From NCBI GenBank assembly GCA_973895155.1, contig OZ316892.1:16544357-16608356 (forward strand): 64,000 nt of DNA. The letters are read 5' to 3'. Positions 36,452-49,318 of this stretch are shown piece by piece (within the stretch, counting starts at the first letter, position 1; each line of letters opens with the position of its first letter). The notes below the pieces were generated by a model. That model saw nothing but the letters and a program-made list of their open reading frames with translations. It did no database searches and had not been told where the DNA came from. Source of the DNA: Marsupella aquatica. Lineage: Eukaryota; Plantae; Marchantiophyta. A program made the position numbers and the translations under genes.

Positions 36452-39265
36452 TCACTGGCGCTCCGTGTACGCACGCCATCGTTGATGCTCTAGGTCACTC
36501 AGACTATCAAGTTCTGCTATTGCCAGAAGATATTGCGTGAGACCAACCAGCTCATTGTCTGTGGCTCGATTCAAGTGAGCCTTTCGAAATGGTTTGATCA
36601 CGAGTCCATTCTGAGGGTTCATCACAAAATTGCGCTTAAGATCATCAAACATGATTGTGTTACCAGGGTGGTAGAACTGCAAAACAGAGCATGAAAGAGT
36701 GTTAGGACGTTAATCCAATACTAATAGAATCCCTAATGAGAGGCAGGGATTGCGAGCATCGTTGCGGAAAAAGATATGCTGGTGGAAATTCAGTTCCTTA
36801 ACTTCAAGTAGGGAAGAGAAACCATTAAATAGCAACACACATTTCTCGTCGTTTGGAAATAGAAGTCGAGCATTTTGGACGGGTCTATTTCGGCTAGCTT
36901 AACCTACATTCGGTAAGTAAGAGATGGGATGCACGCAGGAACCCTACACAGCTAGTAGGTATGAACGGCATTGGGACAAAAGCGAAAGAGATGATTTCGA
37001 TTTATCAGTCCGTATTCTCCAATGAAAAACACAAATACAAAATATCCAAACAGAATCGAGGTTCCAAATGTTACCTCTGGACATTTAGCCCAAATAACAC
37101 CCAAGGGTTTGCAGTCAAACACTCCACGAGTCTGTGATTGGACGGTAATCATTGCAAGATGATCAATAAGCGCTGTTATTTTGTAGTTGGGGTTGCTCAG
37201 TACTCCCAGCTCCTTCATCTTCACTTCTACCCACTTCATGCTGCCAATAATAGGAAAGCACACAAATATTCTTAAGGCCTGAACAAGAGATTTCATCCGT
37301 GGCCCTTCCTCGTAAGCTCAAGCTAATGGTTTACAATACCTCCAAGTTTTGTAAATAGCTGGCTGCCTGGAAAACTTGTCTACATGACTCTATGTCACTT
37401 CCAAAGCCAAGGAGTCTTTACCTAGTTGCAGACCATATAATGATGTCATATGCAGAATAAGATGCAGACAAAAATTCATGCAAATCTGCAAAAACGAAAA
37501 ACATGTCATTAGTTCACCAATGGAAATCTAAAATAAAACATTATCGAGCTCTCTATCATTGGATATATCCTTCACATGAAAAACGCAGACTTCGCAACAG
37601 TGGAGACGATGGAAACAACGTTACTAGGTGTCAAGCCAATTTGTTTGATGGCCAAATGTCGTTTCAGCATCATGGTAAGATTCCGTCAAATTTAGACTAT
37701 GGAAGCTTGCTTTATACGTATACATGGAGTTGGAAGGACAGGATTCTTCTTACAAGGTCGCATAAGCTCTTTGGGGTTCTCTGCAGTCGAGCGATGGTCA
37801 AAAAGAGTGTAGTCGATGTCTAGCACAAGAAGCTTTTTCCCAGGACGAGGTGGGTTAAGCAAGTTAAGCTGCCACAGACAACGATATGATTTAGAACACC
37901 ACGTGCTTCAGAGCTTAACTACAGGGACAGTAATCACTGAATAACATACATAGATCCTAAACCCCGACAAAATACACACGTCGAGAAGGGGACTGCACAT
38001 TCTGTCCATTCTCCTTGCGGAGAGTTTTAAAAGGTATACAGCGACCCCTGAAGTTACTCGTGATAAATGATTTCGACCTACCTTGAACTGATCAACGCGC
38101 CGCCGCAACTTGGCTTTGTTGGCATCCGCATCTTTAATATCCACTGTGTCTTCTTCCCCAAGCTCGAAGTCGTCAAGAATCTCCGGGGAATCCACTGGAT
38201 CCACGAGAATCTCATCTTCTACAGTGCTGGACAATCCTCAAGGTTAGGATTCTGCAACAACCCAAACACAAACATTCTTCAATGAAAAATTGAACCCTGC
38301 ACTACGAACCGTTGTACGAAGCATCGTCATCGGTTGGCTGGCCTGAACCGCATACTTCTGAGGAGAGAAAGACTAATAAGAATTGTCAAAACCATGATCG
38401 TGCTGGGCTTGGTCAACGGAACCCTAACCCTTTTCAATAGTACGAAGGACTGCACTTGAAAACACGCTCCCAGTTTTAAAGATCAGAACAATTTCTCATA
38501 GAGTACGGTTATGCACTCGACAATTGCAAACTCTCGCCGTTAATAGCTTTCAAAATGAAGGTACTAAAATGGAAGGAGGATAGGCACCAATGGAAATGAC
38601 GCGTATCACGCTTGGAGCGTTATCACTTACAGTATGAAATAATTCATTCTCAACTTTTTTCCACTCTCAGAACTTGGAAAATAAGAAAGGTGGTCAGCCC
38701 AAACTCCGAGGGAGTAGGCAAAAGAAGGGAAGTAACAAGATGTCTAATTTGTCGTGCGCCTCTAGGTCCTGATAAAAAACAAGAAAACCTAATCTGCCGT
38801 AGAAAGCTCCTGCGTTACAAGATAACTCGTTGACAACCTGGCCAGGCAGGGCTCACATTCTTTGTGTCCTCGGTCTCCGAAGGCCCAGAATGACGATCGT
38901 GTTGCGGGTATGTCTAACAGGGCCGACAGTGGCAGCGTATGACTGAATTCAGTTTGTACTCCAACGCGAGAGTAAAACGTGGGGAAATAGCCAGCGGGGA
39001 GCGAGCGTTACCCCATCATTGCAATCTTGACGCCTGGTTTGAGAGACACAGCCGAGAGTAGAGACGAGTCTTGAGCAGGCTTAGCGCCCACTTTCACATT
39101 GAGCAATTTCTGACGCTTGGGCAGCACATTAGTCAATTCACAGATCCGGCGCTTGAGCTCTCCAACCGTGTCGTCGGCACAAACTCTCACTGTGAAATCC
39201 TTGCCCGCCCATTTCAAAGCCAGCGTCATTTCCTCCGAACTCGCTGCATCACTGCTCGACGCCAT
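36452..39265 (-). CDS. UBLCP1: Ubiquitin-like domain-containing CTD phosphatase (copy 1, conserved), about 322 aa
   Basis: Exons 39265-39012, 38226-38082, 37868-37754, 37485-37422, 37240-37075, 36676-36452 sum to 969 nt. N-terminal UBL (LKWAGK...VLPKRQKLL); HAD/FCP1 motifs [23 protein letters not shown] and [17 protein letters not shown]. Confidence 0.95.
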
Positions 39266-40295
39266 CGGTTACCACTGTCCCGCCCCTTGGTTGACTAAAT
39301 TGAGAGAGAGTGAGAGAGAGTCTCTGAACCAACAAATCCTCAACTCGTTATGTCGTTGGGCATCGATTCACGCGAGTGGAGTCACGCGAATGAAATCAGA
39401 ATCCACGTAAGCGAGCGATTTCGTCACGACCTAGAGAGTCCGTTCTGGACTTTGGACGTGAGGGGGATATCATATAGCGTATGGACGATCAGGTTAGCCA
39501 AATAAACGAATAACTAAACAAAATTTCACTCTCTGACAAAATTATTTTAGGTGGTCTTTGTGACTAAAATTGGAAAACCCGTATCGGTAAGGTTCGCACA
39601 GTAACAGTCATGAGTATCTCTATAATTTATATGGGACAGCGCTTTAATTTGAAGGTAGAAATATTGAGGTGTTGCACTGAGCATGCACAAACCCCGGATC
39701 GTCCGTAAGGTAGAACAGAAACAGACCCAACCCGGAGAACTGTACTCTAGTAAATAACCTGCTACCACGTAGCTCATAACCCTTGCTTTTGGTGCGGATA
39801 GAAGTTTTACACCAAACCATTGATACTGACATAGGGAAGTGAGTGGTTCTGGGTATTATTGATTTGCAACCCCACATATTTACTGTGCTCATCCAACCAT
39901 GTCATTCCATGTATGTGATTAAAATGGCTTGAGATCACCACTATTGGCCTAGATAAGTAAACTATGGACACTTGCCTGCAATGTAAATAGTTGGTAACAA
40001 TGTTGAGAAGGTATTATTATGGCACCTGATTATGCTCTATGGTGAATTCACCTTTCACATTTTATCTTATTTAGATTTTGTATCCAATATTTTGATTTTA
40101 ATGTGCCTTAACAAGGTGAATCATTCAGATTAATTTTTGAACCCCATTTAAGTTTAGTAAACTTAGAGAATTTTGAATGTATTTGGCTCCCCTCATAAAA
40201 GTTTAATCTTTCATTTTCAATCACTCTTTAGTCAATTATTATTTTTCTTCTCATATGAGAGTGAGAGAAAGAGAAATGAATTTAAATAATATGCA

Positions 40296-41145
40296 GATCT
40301 GGTGTATTAAGTTCTCCTTGTGATTTACTTTACAAAATTTATTTTTTTAATTGTGTTGACTGTCATTACTTAGAATCAAGTGATACTAAATTCCCCTTGT
40401 GGTTTCTTTTACAAAATGTATTGTTTTAATTGAGTTACTGTTGTTACCTAGAATTTTTTTTACAAAATGTATTGTTTTAATTGAGTTGACAGTCATGACC
40501 TAGAAGCAAATGATACTAAGTTCCCCTTGTAATTTCCTTTATAAAATTTATTGTTTTAATTGAATTACTATCATTACCTAGAATTTCATTTACAAAATTT
40601 ATTGTTTTAATTGAGTTGATTATCATTATCTAGAAGCAAGTGATACTAAATTCCACTTTGATTTCCTTTTGTAGTTATTGTTTTAATTGAGTTACTGTCA
40701 TTACCTAGAAGCATTACCTAGAAGCAAAGCAAGCAAGTGAAATAGTAGTGTATGTGCACAACTCTTTAGTATCTTTGTACTTTCTTGGTCATAGTTGCAT
40801 GTGTACTTATATGTGTACAACTCTTTAGTATCTTTGTACTTTCTTGATCATAGTGTGTTTTCCTTTGCATGTGTACTTATGGTTTTGTGTGTTATGTCAC
40901 ACATTTAATTAACAGATATTGTGTTATGTCACACATTTAATTAACAGATATTGTGTAAACCTTATTGATCCATCATAACTTTAAGCACAATGACAATTAG
41001 GGTAGTAAAAAATACACCTGTTTAGGTCATACCATCAATTTGACATATTGTGTAAACTTTATTGATCCATCATGACTTTAAACCTTGGTTTCTGACAATT
41101 ACAATTAGGGTAGGAAAGAATACACCTGTTAAGGTCATACCATCG
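40296..41145. repeat. Cluster of AT-rich tandem duplications (about 50/78-bp, 59-bp, 33-bp and 98-bp periods)
   Basis: TTTACAAAATTTATTGTTTTAATTGAGTT...CCTAGAA repeated about 6 times at 40320-40720; CAACTCTTTAGTATCTTTGTACTTTCTTG x2; TGTGTTATGTCACACATTTAATTAACAGATAT x2; ATATTGTGTAAA..TTATTGATCCATCAT...TACACCTGTT.AGGTCATACCATC x2. Confidence 0.85.
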
Positions 41146-43644
41146 TTTCCCATGAGCTGAAAAGGCCCCCTGAATCGACGACAAAAAATATTTATCAAGG
41201 TTATCCCACTGGTTCGCCTGTGACTTACTACGACACAAGTTTGCATCCATAGTTGACTTACTAGGGTAATGTTTCGTCATTCTAATTCTCATAAACAATC
41301 TCATAAACAAACCATCAACGTACCTGTGATTCTGTTTTCCGTTGCCATAAATTATGATAATTATATACAACACGACCTGTCTGAGCAGTACAAATTATAG
41401 TTGGCGAAATAATTTGAGGCCCTCTCTTTCCTTTCTTTTGTATTCATTGTTTGCGATTTCCATAAGATTTTTTTGTTCCACCACAGCTTCCTAATTTTCC
41501 CATCTTCCAGACCGGAGGCATGGTCAGTTATTAGGAAACACGCCTTCGACTTTCAATGTCCCAATCATGATGCCAGTAGCCCTTCGCAATGTGCAAAATC
41601 GAGGCTTGCGAGATGTCTTCTTAGTTTTACTCAATGCATAATGTTTCATACGCAGATTTACGAAGCATTGCAAACGATATGAAACATACTGGCCAAACAG
41701 AATCTTCCACACTATTCTTCTCCCAGAAACAGGCCAACTCAGCCACCCAACTCAAGGGAACTGGTGGCATGCAGCTCCAAAATCACGTTCCAGGAGAGAG
41801 AATTTCTATCCGTCATACGCTGCTTGAACAAATAAACGCCCTCTTGCAAAAATCTTGCCATGGGCGGCTCGCAGCCACCGTCAGCATTAACACAAGCTCC
41901 TTACTTTAGCTGCTAACAGAATTCCAGAAATGTAAGCAAAAATGACTACCCGTTATAGAAATATGATGACGCAGGCCTAATTTGAGCTTGAAGCATCACA
42001 GGTCTTGCTAGACCAAAAAAAGGTCATAAATTTTCTAAGATTGTAAGGAAGCTTTCTCACATAATATTAAAGGGACTTGCTTATCAGCATTACAGGATGG
42101 CAGGCTATTGCTTTTATTCTTTCTACTGCTAGCCAAAATTCTGCCAGCAGCTAAACACCTATCTTATAATCAATTCAGACCTGTGAAGGTCAGCCCTGAA
42201 AACAATGTGCGTTGTGTACTCACATCATTGTCACTGCCACTGCACCAGTTCGCGTATATTGTTCGCTTTTGCAGTACGGTACGTGTCATGACACCTTTCA
42301 GCTGGACCAAAACTCAGTCGAGTCAATTTGGGACTGTCATTGAAAAAACAGAGCTACTGATCTCCAGTCCATATAGACATCGACATTTAAAGCATCATGT
42401 GTAGATCATAGGAGGATAAAAGTTGTAAACTGACAAAATCTTAAAATTTCAACCACTAATTCTGAAACTACGAAACGACTCAAAACGAGCAGATAGTGGC
42501 CATACGAATGAATCGTATCCAAGGGAAACTTGTACGAGTGAAAACAGGCACAGATGATTATCAACTCTGCGAACTGAATTGCAAGAGCACGGCAAAAATT
42601 GCAAGTGGAGCCCAGTTCACCTGGAACAACAAACTGGCGTGTTAGATCAAAATAACACAGCGAAGTGAAAGTACCCTCCAAATCGATCATAACTATAGCC
42701 ACCTAAACATGACACAGCATCTCAATTTCAGATGATGTAAAAGCAGTCGGACCATAATTTCCAAGATCACTGGATTGGAGAAGGTGGTGCCCCAGGTCTA
42801 CCTTACATATTGACTTGCGCTGAAACATTCTTTTCACAACCCACTATATTCCATACATCTGACACCCACAAAATCATCAAACTTTCCCATCATGCAATGG
42901 CATCCGATTCAAAATCAGCTCTATAACCAGGAAGCCATACTATCATTAGCGAAGCGTCGAGGAGCTATACCCGTTTCAAGCAATTTTAGAATCATGATTT
43001 TGAAATATGATATATCCATACCATCGCGTTTGTGAGGTCGTTCCAAATTCTGAAGCTCCTCCCTCATAGTCTTTAAGAGTTATCAGATCGCCCACTTTCA
43101 CGCGTTACCAATAGAAATAGACGGCATGATTTTCGAAGCCTCATGCTACGCAAGAACGTGATTGCAGCAGGTAAACTTCCGGCACGAAAGCTAAGGACGA
43201 GGTGGCCAGTCCGTCATAAAGCCTGGACAAAGGTTTTCGGTTCGACGATGCACAGAAGATAGCGACCCATACCATGTGCCAGTTGGTCGCCCAGAGTATT
43301 TCCGAACCGGAGTCAACTGTTCACTCCGTGCGGTATCATTGGTGTCACAACTCAATTGCCTGTCCGAACTGTTAGAGCTTTAAATAGCTCGCCCAAATAC
43401 GACTCCACATTTTGATCTAGTTGAAGAGATTTTCCCGAAAACATCACCATGTTGTAATAAAATTTCAGATCCTGCATTTCTATCTAATGTTCATCCCATT
43501 CTGTAGGATAATATGATACCTGTTCCATCAATCGGTCCTTTGAGGGTCAAACACCCCCCCAACCAGGGAGTATGTCCCAAATATAACCCGACTTTGTGGC
43601 TACCTGGAGTGGCATTCCCTCCCATGAACGCCAATGTTCTTAAC

Positions 43645-46600
43645 TCAATCGTCCGCTAGTTTGCAACTGCCTATGTACTCGCCCCATCTTTGATGATCTA
43701 GTCCACTCAGACTATCAAGTTCTGCTATTTCCAGAAGATACTGAGTAACGCCAACCAGCTCATTGTCATTTCTGTGAGTTTCTCGATATTGCTTGATCAC
43801 GAGTCCATTCTCTGGGTTCATCGCAAAGTTGAGTTTTCGATCATCGATCATGATTGTGTTACCAGGGAGGTAGAACTGCAAAACAGACAATGAAGACATA
43901 GTCACGAAGATAAATCCCATAGTCGTAGAATCGCCTTGTCCTCTCCGTTGATAAGAGACAGGCATTGAAAGGATCGTTGCGTAGAACGACCTGCGTTCAT
44001 TAAGTTCAAAGAGGGGAGAGAACCAATAAATAGCAACAACAATTTGGGTGTACGTCTGCTAGATTAAGCTACATTCGGTAAGTATGAACGGCATTGTGAA
44101 AAGTCGAGAATTTCAAAGATGTAATATACTCTGGAATCATACACACAAAATCTAAAATATTCAAAACAGAATCGGAGTTTAGAGCTTAGGTTTAGGGTTC
44201 CAAATGAGACCTCTCGACATTTAGCCCAAATAACACCCAAGGGCTTACAGTTAAACACTGCGGGGGTCTCTGATTCGACGAAAATCACTGCAAGCTGATC
44301 AAGGAGCGCTGTAATTTTATAGTTGGGGTTGTTCAGTAACCCCAGCCGATTCAACTTCTTTTTAACCAACTTCATGCTGCCAAGACGACGAAAGCACAAA
44401 AAATATGATTACGGTGGACACGAGATTTCATCCGCTTCGCGTAAACTGAAGGAACCGGTAAAACAACCTCGAAGTCCGGAATAGATGGCTGCCTGGAAAA
44501 CTTGTATAGATGGAACAATCTCACTCGGGAACGAGAGTCTTTACCTAGTTATAGACCATATCATGATGTCATATGCAGAATACGATGCCGACAAAAATTC
44601 ATGCAGATCTGTAAAATGGAAAAAATATAATTACTTTACCAACGGGAAACTAAAATAGAACATTCTCGAGCTCCCTTTTTGTTGAGATTTACTTGACATC
44701 AAACACTCAGACTTCCCAAAAGACTTCAATGGTAACGGCATTACTAAGTCTACAGCAATCTTGTTGATGGACTAATGTCCTTTAAGATTCATAGAAAGAT
44801 TCCTCACATTTGAACGATGGAAGTTTGTTTGAAGAATTACATGACGACTGAATACTTGTTTTCTGTTTTGCTTGGGAACCGAAAAAAATGACAGAATTTT
44901 TCTTACACGGTCGCATACGCTTTTCAGAATTCTCTGAGTGACAGTCAAGGAGCGTGTAGTCGATGTCTAACACAAGAAGCTTCTTCCCAGGACGAGGTTG
45001 GTTAAGAAAGTTCAGCTGCCACCGAGGATAAAACAGAATTTAGAACACAAATGCTTCAGAGCTCAACTACAGTAGTCACCGAATAAAAAAACGAAGTCCT
45101 AATCCCCGAGAGAATACGCAACGCAGAGAAGGGCAGGCAGGCAGGTTCTTCTCGCGGACAGTTTGATATCGATACAGAGACCCCGTAAGTTACTAGTGCT
45201 AAATGCCTAAGACCTACCTTGAACTCATCAATGCACTGCACCAACGCGGCTTTGTTGAAATCTGCATCTGGATCCACTAATTCTTCTCCCTCGAGCTCGA
45301 AGTCATCCACATTCTCCGGGTCATCCACTGGCTCCACGAGAATCTCATTCTCTACAGTGCTGCACAATCCTCAGGGTTAAGATTCTGCAACAACCCAAAA
45401 CACAAACATCCTTCAATGAAATATTGAACCCTGTACTACGAACCCCGGCGTTATCAGTTAATTGGACTGAATCGCAGACCACTCAAAGAGAGAAATCCTG
45501 TAACCAGTTGTCAAAACGATCGTCCTGTGCTTGCACAACGGAACAATTCGAAGGATGGCAGTTCAAAACACTCACAATTTAAAGGTTTCAGAACAATTTC
45601 TCAGGTGGTAGAGAAAGGAATGCGACTAGAGGGATGGTGGAAACGTCGTCACGGGTGCTGCGCTCGACAATTGCAGACTCTCACAGCCAAAAACGCACTC
45701 TGCACTGAAGCTTCTAAACTGGAGGGAGGATAGGCACCAAAGTCATGACGCGTATAACGCTTTGAGCGTTATCCTAGAAAGGCTGAATAATTCATTAGAC
45801 AGTTCAATGCGGTGGTCAAGTGTTTCCAGTCTCAGGACTTGTCTAAGTCAATCAAGGAAGTATTCTACTTTCCCTAGCCTCATAGCTCAGAAGCTAATCA
45901 ACTCAATTTACCATTCCAAATTCGGTCTTAGCCAATAATCTTGGAGACCAGCTTTTCCCTCAAGGATATGGACCTAGCCTAGCCGGTACGCCACGATCTC
46001 AAATTGGTTAACTCGTCACAGAAGGAAGGTTGAGGAAGATACAATGAGGCTTTCCCTCCGCCACGTGAAACGCCCAGAGGACGTATTTTCAATACGTACT
46101 TAAATCCAACGAAGAGGTGGGCAGCCCAAATTTCGAGGGAGCAGGTAAAAGGAGGAAAGTAAGAATAAGTTTCATTGAGGTCCCGTTAAGACAACAGAAA
46201 CCTAATCGGTTGTAGAAGCGTCCTAGTATTACAGGATTGCTGGTCCTTCAACTTGGCCAGGCAGGGGTCATATTTCGACGCCTCAGACAGACCATCATGT
46301 TGCGCACATAATTAACAGTTCGAAGGGGGAGAGTATACTCTTCATTTTCAAGTCAACAACGAGAGTAAAAAGGGGCAAATGGCCGGTGGGGAGAGAGCGT
46401 TACCTCATCATCGAAATCTCAACGCCTGATGTGAGAGACGCAGTCGAGAGTAGAGACGACGAGACTTCAGCAGGCTTGGCGCCCATTTCCACATTGAGCA
46501 ATTTTGGCCGCTTGGGGAGCACATCAGCCAATTCGCAGATCCGGCGCTTGAGCTCTCCAGCCGTGCCGTCGGCACAAACTCTCACGGTGAACTCCTTGCC

Positions 46601-46660
46601 CGCCCAATCCAGAGCCAGGGCCAGCGCCTCGGAACTCGCTGCATCACTGCTCGACGCCAT
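43645..46660 (-). CDS. UBLCP1 tandem paralog (copy 2), intact frame but divergent, about 322 aa
   Basis: Exons 46660-46404, 45359-45218, 45015-44907, 44608-44545, 44376-44211, 43875-43645 sum to 969 nt with no stop. Splice sites are conserved and the introns are alignable to copy 1. DIDYT, WS, CKPL and DD are retained. Confidence 0.85.
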
Positions 46661-47326
46661 CGGTTCCAAATGTCCGGCCCCTTGCTAAACACAATTGAGA
46701 GGGAGAGACGGCTAGACGGGGAGACAGCGAGAGAGAGAGCTCTACTTTCTCCACCTCAGCGCCTCGTCTCCTGGACCATCATCAATTCACGCCACTAGAG
46801 AGTCAAGCGAAAGTAAATCGAAATCCATATTGAGCAGCTTAGTCAATCGACGTTCTGAATAGTGTTGCATTAGTAGCATGGAGCCAGAGCCCTGTCCTGT
46901 AGAGTGGCTTCTATGGGAAGCTACAGTACACTTTTCACCGCATTTATTAATGAGAACACTGCAGTGATCCTGGTGAATCACTCCTATGGGAAAACTAGAA
47001 ACTGAAGCTCCCATAGACCTAAATGTTTGATAGAATACCCGAATGTACTGCAGAAAACTTTCCTTGTACACAGATAGCTTTAATAGAATCTACACTTTTC
47101 TGGTCAGCAGTATCCGGATCCATCCAGGTTTCAAGGTTCACAGGTGTGGTCCATCTAAGCATTACTTTAGGCTGACACTAATTTGGGTAGGTTCCTAAAA
47201 TGCAGATATGTGCCATGTGCCCTACTGGTAGAGTCATGTCCAGCAGAGCTCACACATATACATGTCCATTATCCCCATTTGCTCCAGGCTCACCCCATTA
47301 TCACTCTATGAGTTGTCCCATAACTT

Positions 47327-47496
47327 AATATGGAATAAAGGTTACTTGTGGTTAACCATTTCTAGTCCAATCTCCAATACATTTGCGCACCATCGCTTTC
47401 ATAAAATTTTAAAAATTTCAAAAATTTTAAATAAATAAAATAAAATGAATATGGAATAAAGGTTACTTGTGGTTAACCATTTCTAGTCCAATCTCC
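47327..47496. repeat. 49-bp identical direct repeat, 121-bp period
   Basis: AATATGGAATAAAGGTTACTTGTGGTTAACCATTTCTAGTCCAATCTCC at 47327-47375 and 47448-47496. Confidence 0.93.
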
Positions 47497-48979
47497 TAAT
47501 CTCATAATTTGGTGCCCGCAAATATACAGCCGGGTAATCCATTTTCCGGACAAGATTTATGTACACTAACCCAGGTCAGGAAGCATTCTATACTGTAATC
47601 ACGCTACCTGAATGTTTAAGAAAAGCTTCCCAACTGCCGCCAATCAGCTTATTCTCACATTCCAGAAGGAGGGTTACAAACCCCTGCCCAGACATTGGTT
47701 ATCCTAAACATTGTTGCCATGGGTAGAGATCTGAAAGGCATGCTCTGGTCAGAGAACTCATGCAGCTAGAAACAATATGACCCGAAATGTGCAGACGCAG
47801 CATGCAAAGGGTGATGGGAATTCACTTCAAGCAAAGCTCTGTGGTGCAACTTGAGGGCTTGTGCAAAACCTGACTTAACACTGTTTGAAAGCACACTTCA
47901 TTAGTGTTTAGCAAAATGTAGTGTTACTCACACTTATTACCGGACATTTCCAATGTTGAGCTTCTCTTTGCAGTAGAAATAGACATTTGCATACACATTA
48001 TGACATCAGTCATTGCCCATGAGAAATGTTTTGGGCAAGGGCACTTGGCAGTGAGATTGCCCATGCCCACAGCCACAGACAAAGAAAACAAGAGGGATAA
48101 ACATGTTTCGTGCACCGTCACCTTTCACAAAAGATCATATTGGGCCTGTACCAGAACTAAGATGTGCAAGAAGATTGCAACAACAAAGAAATTTAGACAG
48201 TGTGCCAACAATCCTAGACAGTTGGGCCGAAAAAGAACAGGCAGAGTTTACCAGTAAAGTTTTTTGTGTCCATACACGTTTCTTGGTATATCCATAAGAT
48301 TTCTTACCATGGGGTGTAGACCTGTGAAAGTTTGAAAGCACAAACTACATCTATAAGTCCCAAACCAAAGCCTCTCGCCAGCCAGATTTTTCATATGATC
48401 TATCTGAAGGCTAGGCAACGTGTCTTGAGTGCAACTATGGAGTCTGGGAGGGAAGATGAGATGCCTTTGTATGGGTATGGAGCACAGTTGGTCCCTTTTA
48501 TACTAGTTGTAATCTATAACATTCCATAAAACAATGAAGTTCAATTTCAATTGTGTGGCACCAGGTACAATATTTCATGTTGGTCCATGGGAAAAGAATT
48601 TTCTTTGCAGGTTGCCAATTCACTTAGAGCATCCGCACCCGTTTTGCGGGCCAACCCTGCCAAAGGGAAATATTTCGCAGCCATTTGGAGGCCTGCATCG
48701 TGATATGGATCTGGTGCACAATAGGTTTAGACGTTGCATCCGTGCTTTGTAAAAAGATGCCTGAAAATGGTTAATTTGCGCTCCAACCCAAGCAACCCAG
48801 GTTCAAACTCCCTCCCCGACGCAGGAGCACGTCGCGGCTGTCAAGACACTGGGAAAATGTGCAAGCAAGAACTGAGGCTTCCTCGCCTAAACTTGATAGT
48901 TGCGCCCCTTCAAGATTTCACAAAAGTAATAAACTCTGCTTGATTTCATAGGTTTTCTGTCATGGATCATCTTCAAGCA

Positions 48980-49318
48980 TGGAGATTGAATTTGCTCTTG
49001 CAGATTGAAGATGAGATTTGAATGTCGAGTCTTGTACAACTCTTTTGCCTTATTCAATGTGTCATTGCTGTTGGTGCCAGAAATGTCAAGATGCTCAAAA
49101 CACTTATAGCATCCAATAAAATGAGATCTGAACATCTCCCCACTAGCTCCCAAGAGTTTGCTGTTCTGCTTTCAAGTTCTTTTGGCTTATTTCTATCGTA
49201 GTGCTCCCCGACGCGTTCCCACAAATTCTCTCTGTTTTGCCCAGACCCAACACACGGGTCCTGCAAAATCTCCAGGTATGAGTAACAAAGTTGCTTCAGT
49301 TCTGTTGGACTAAAATAG
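48980..49318 (-). mobile_element. Degenerate PIF/Harbinger-type Myb/SANT-like (NAM-associated) ORF fragment
   Basis: FSPTELKQLCYSYLEILQDPCVGSGQNRENLWERVGEHY...RTANS followed, in another frame, by SGTNSNDTLNKAKELYK. This matches the pattern of Harbinger ORF1/GST-T3-like domains; frameshifted. Confidence 0.7.

Noticed and set aside
47600-48300. Possible transposase remnant next to the Harbinger fragment
   Set aside because: No DDE or other recognisable motif in any frame by eye.
48755-48820. tRNA/SINE-like GGTTCAAAC B-box
   Set aside because: No good A box, cloverleaf, tail or TSD.
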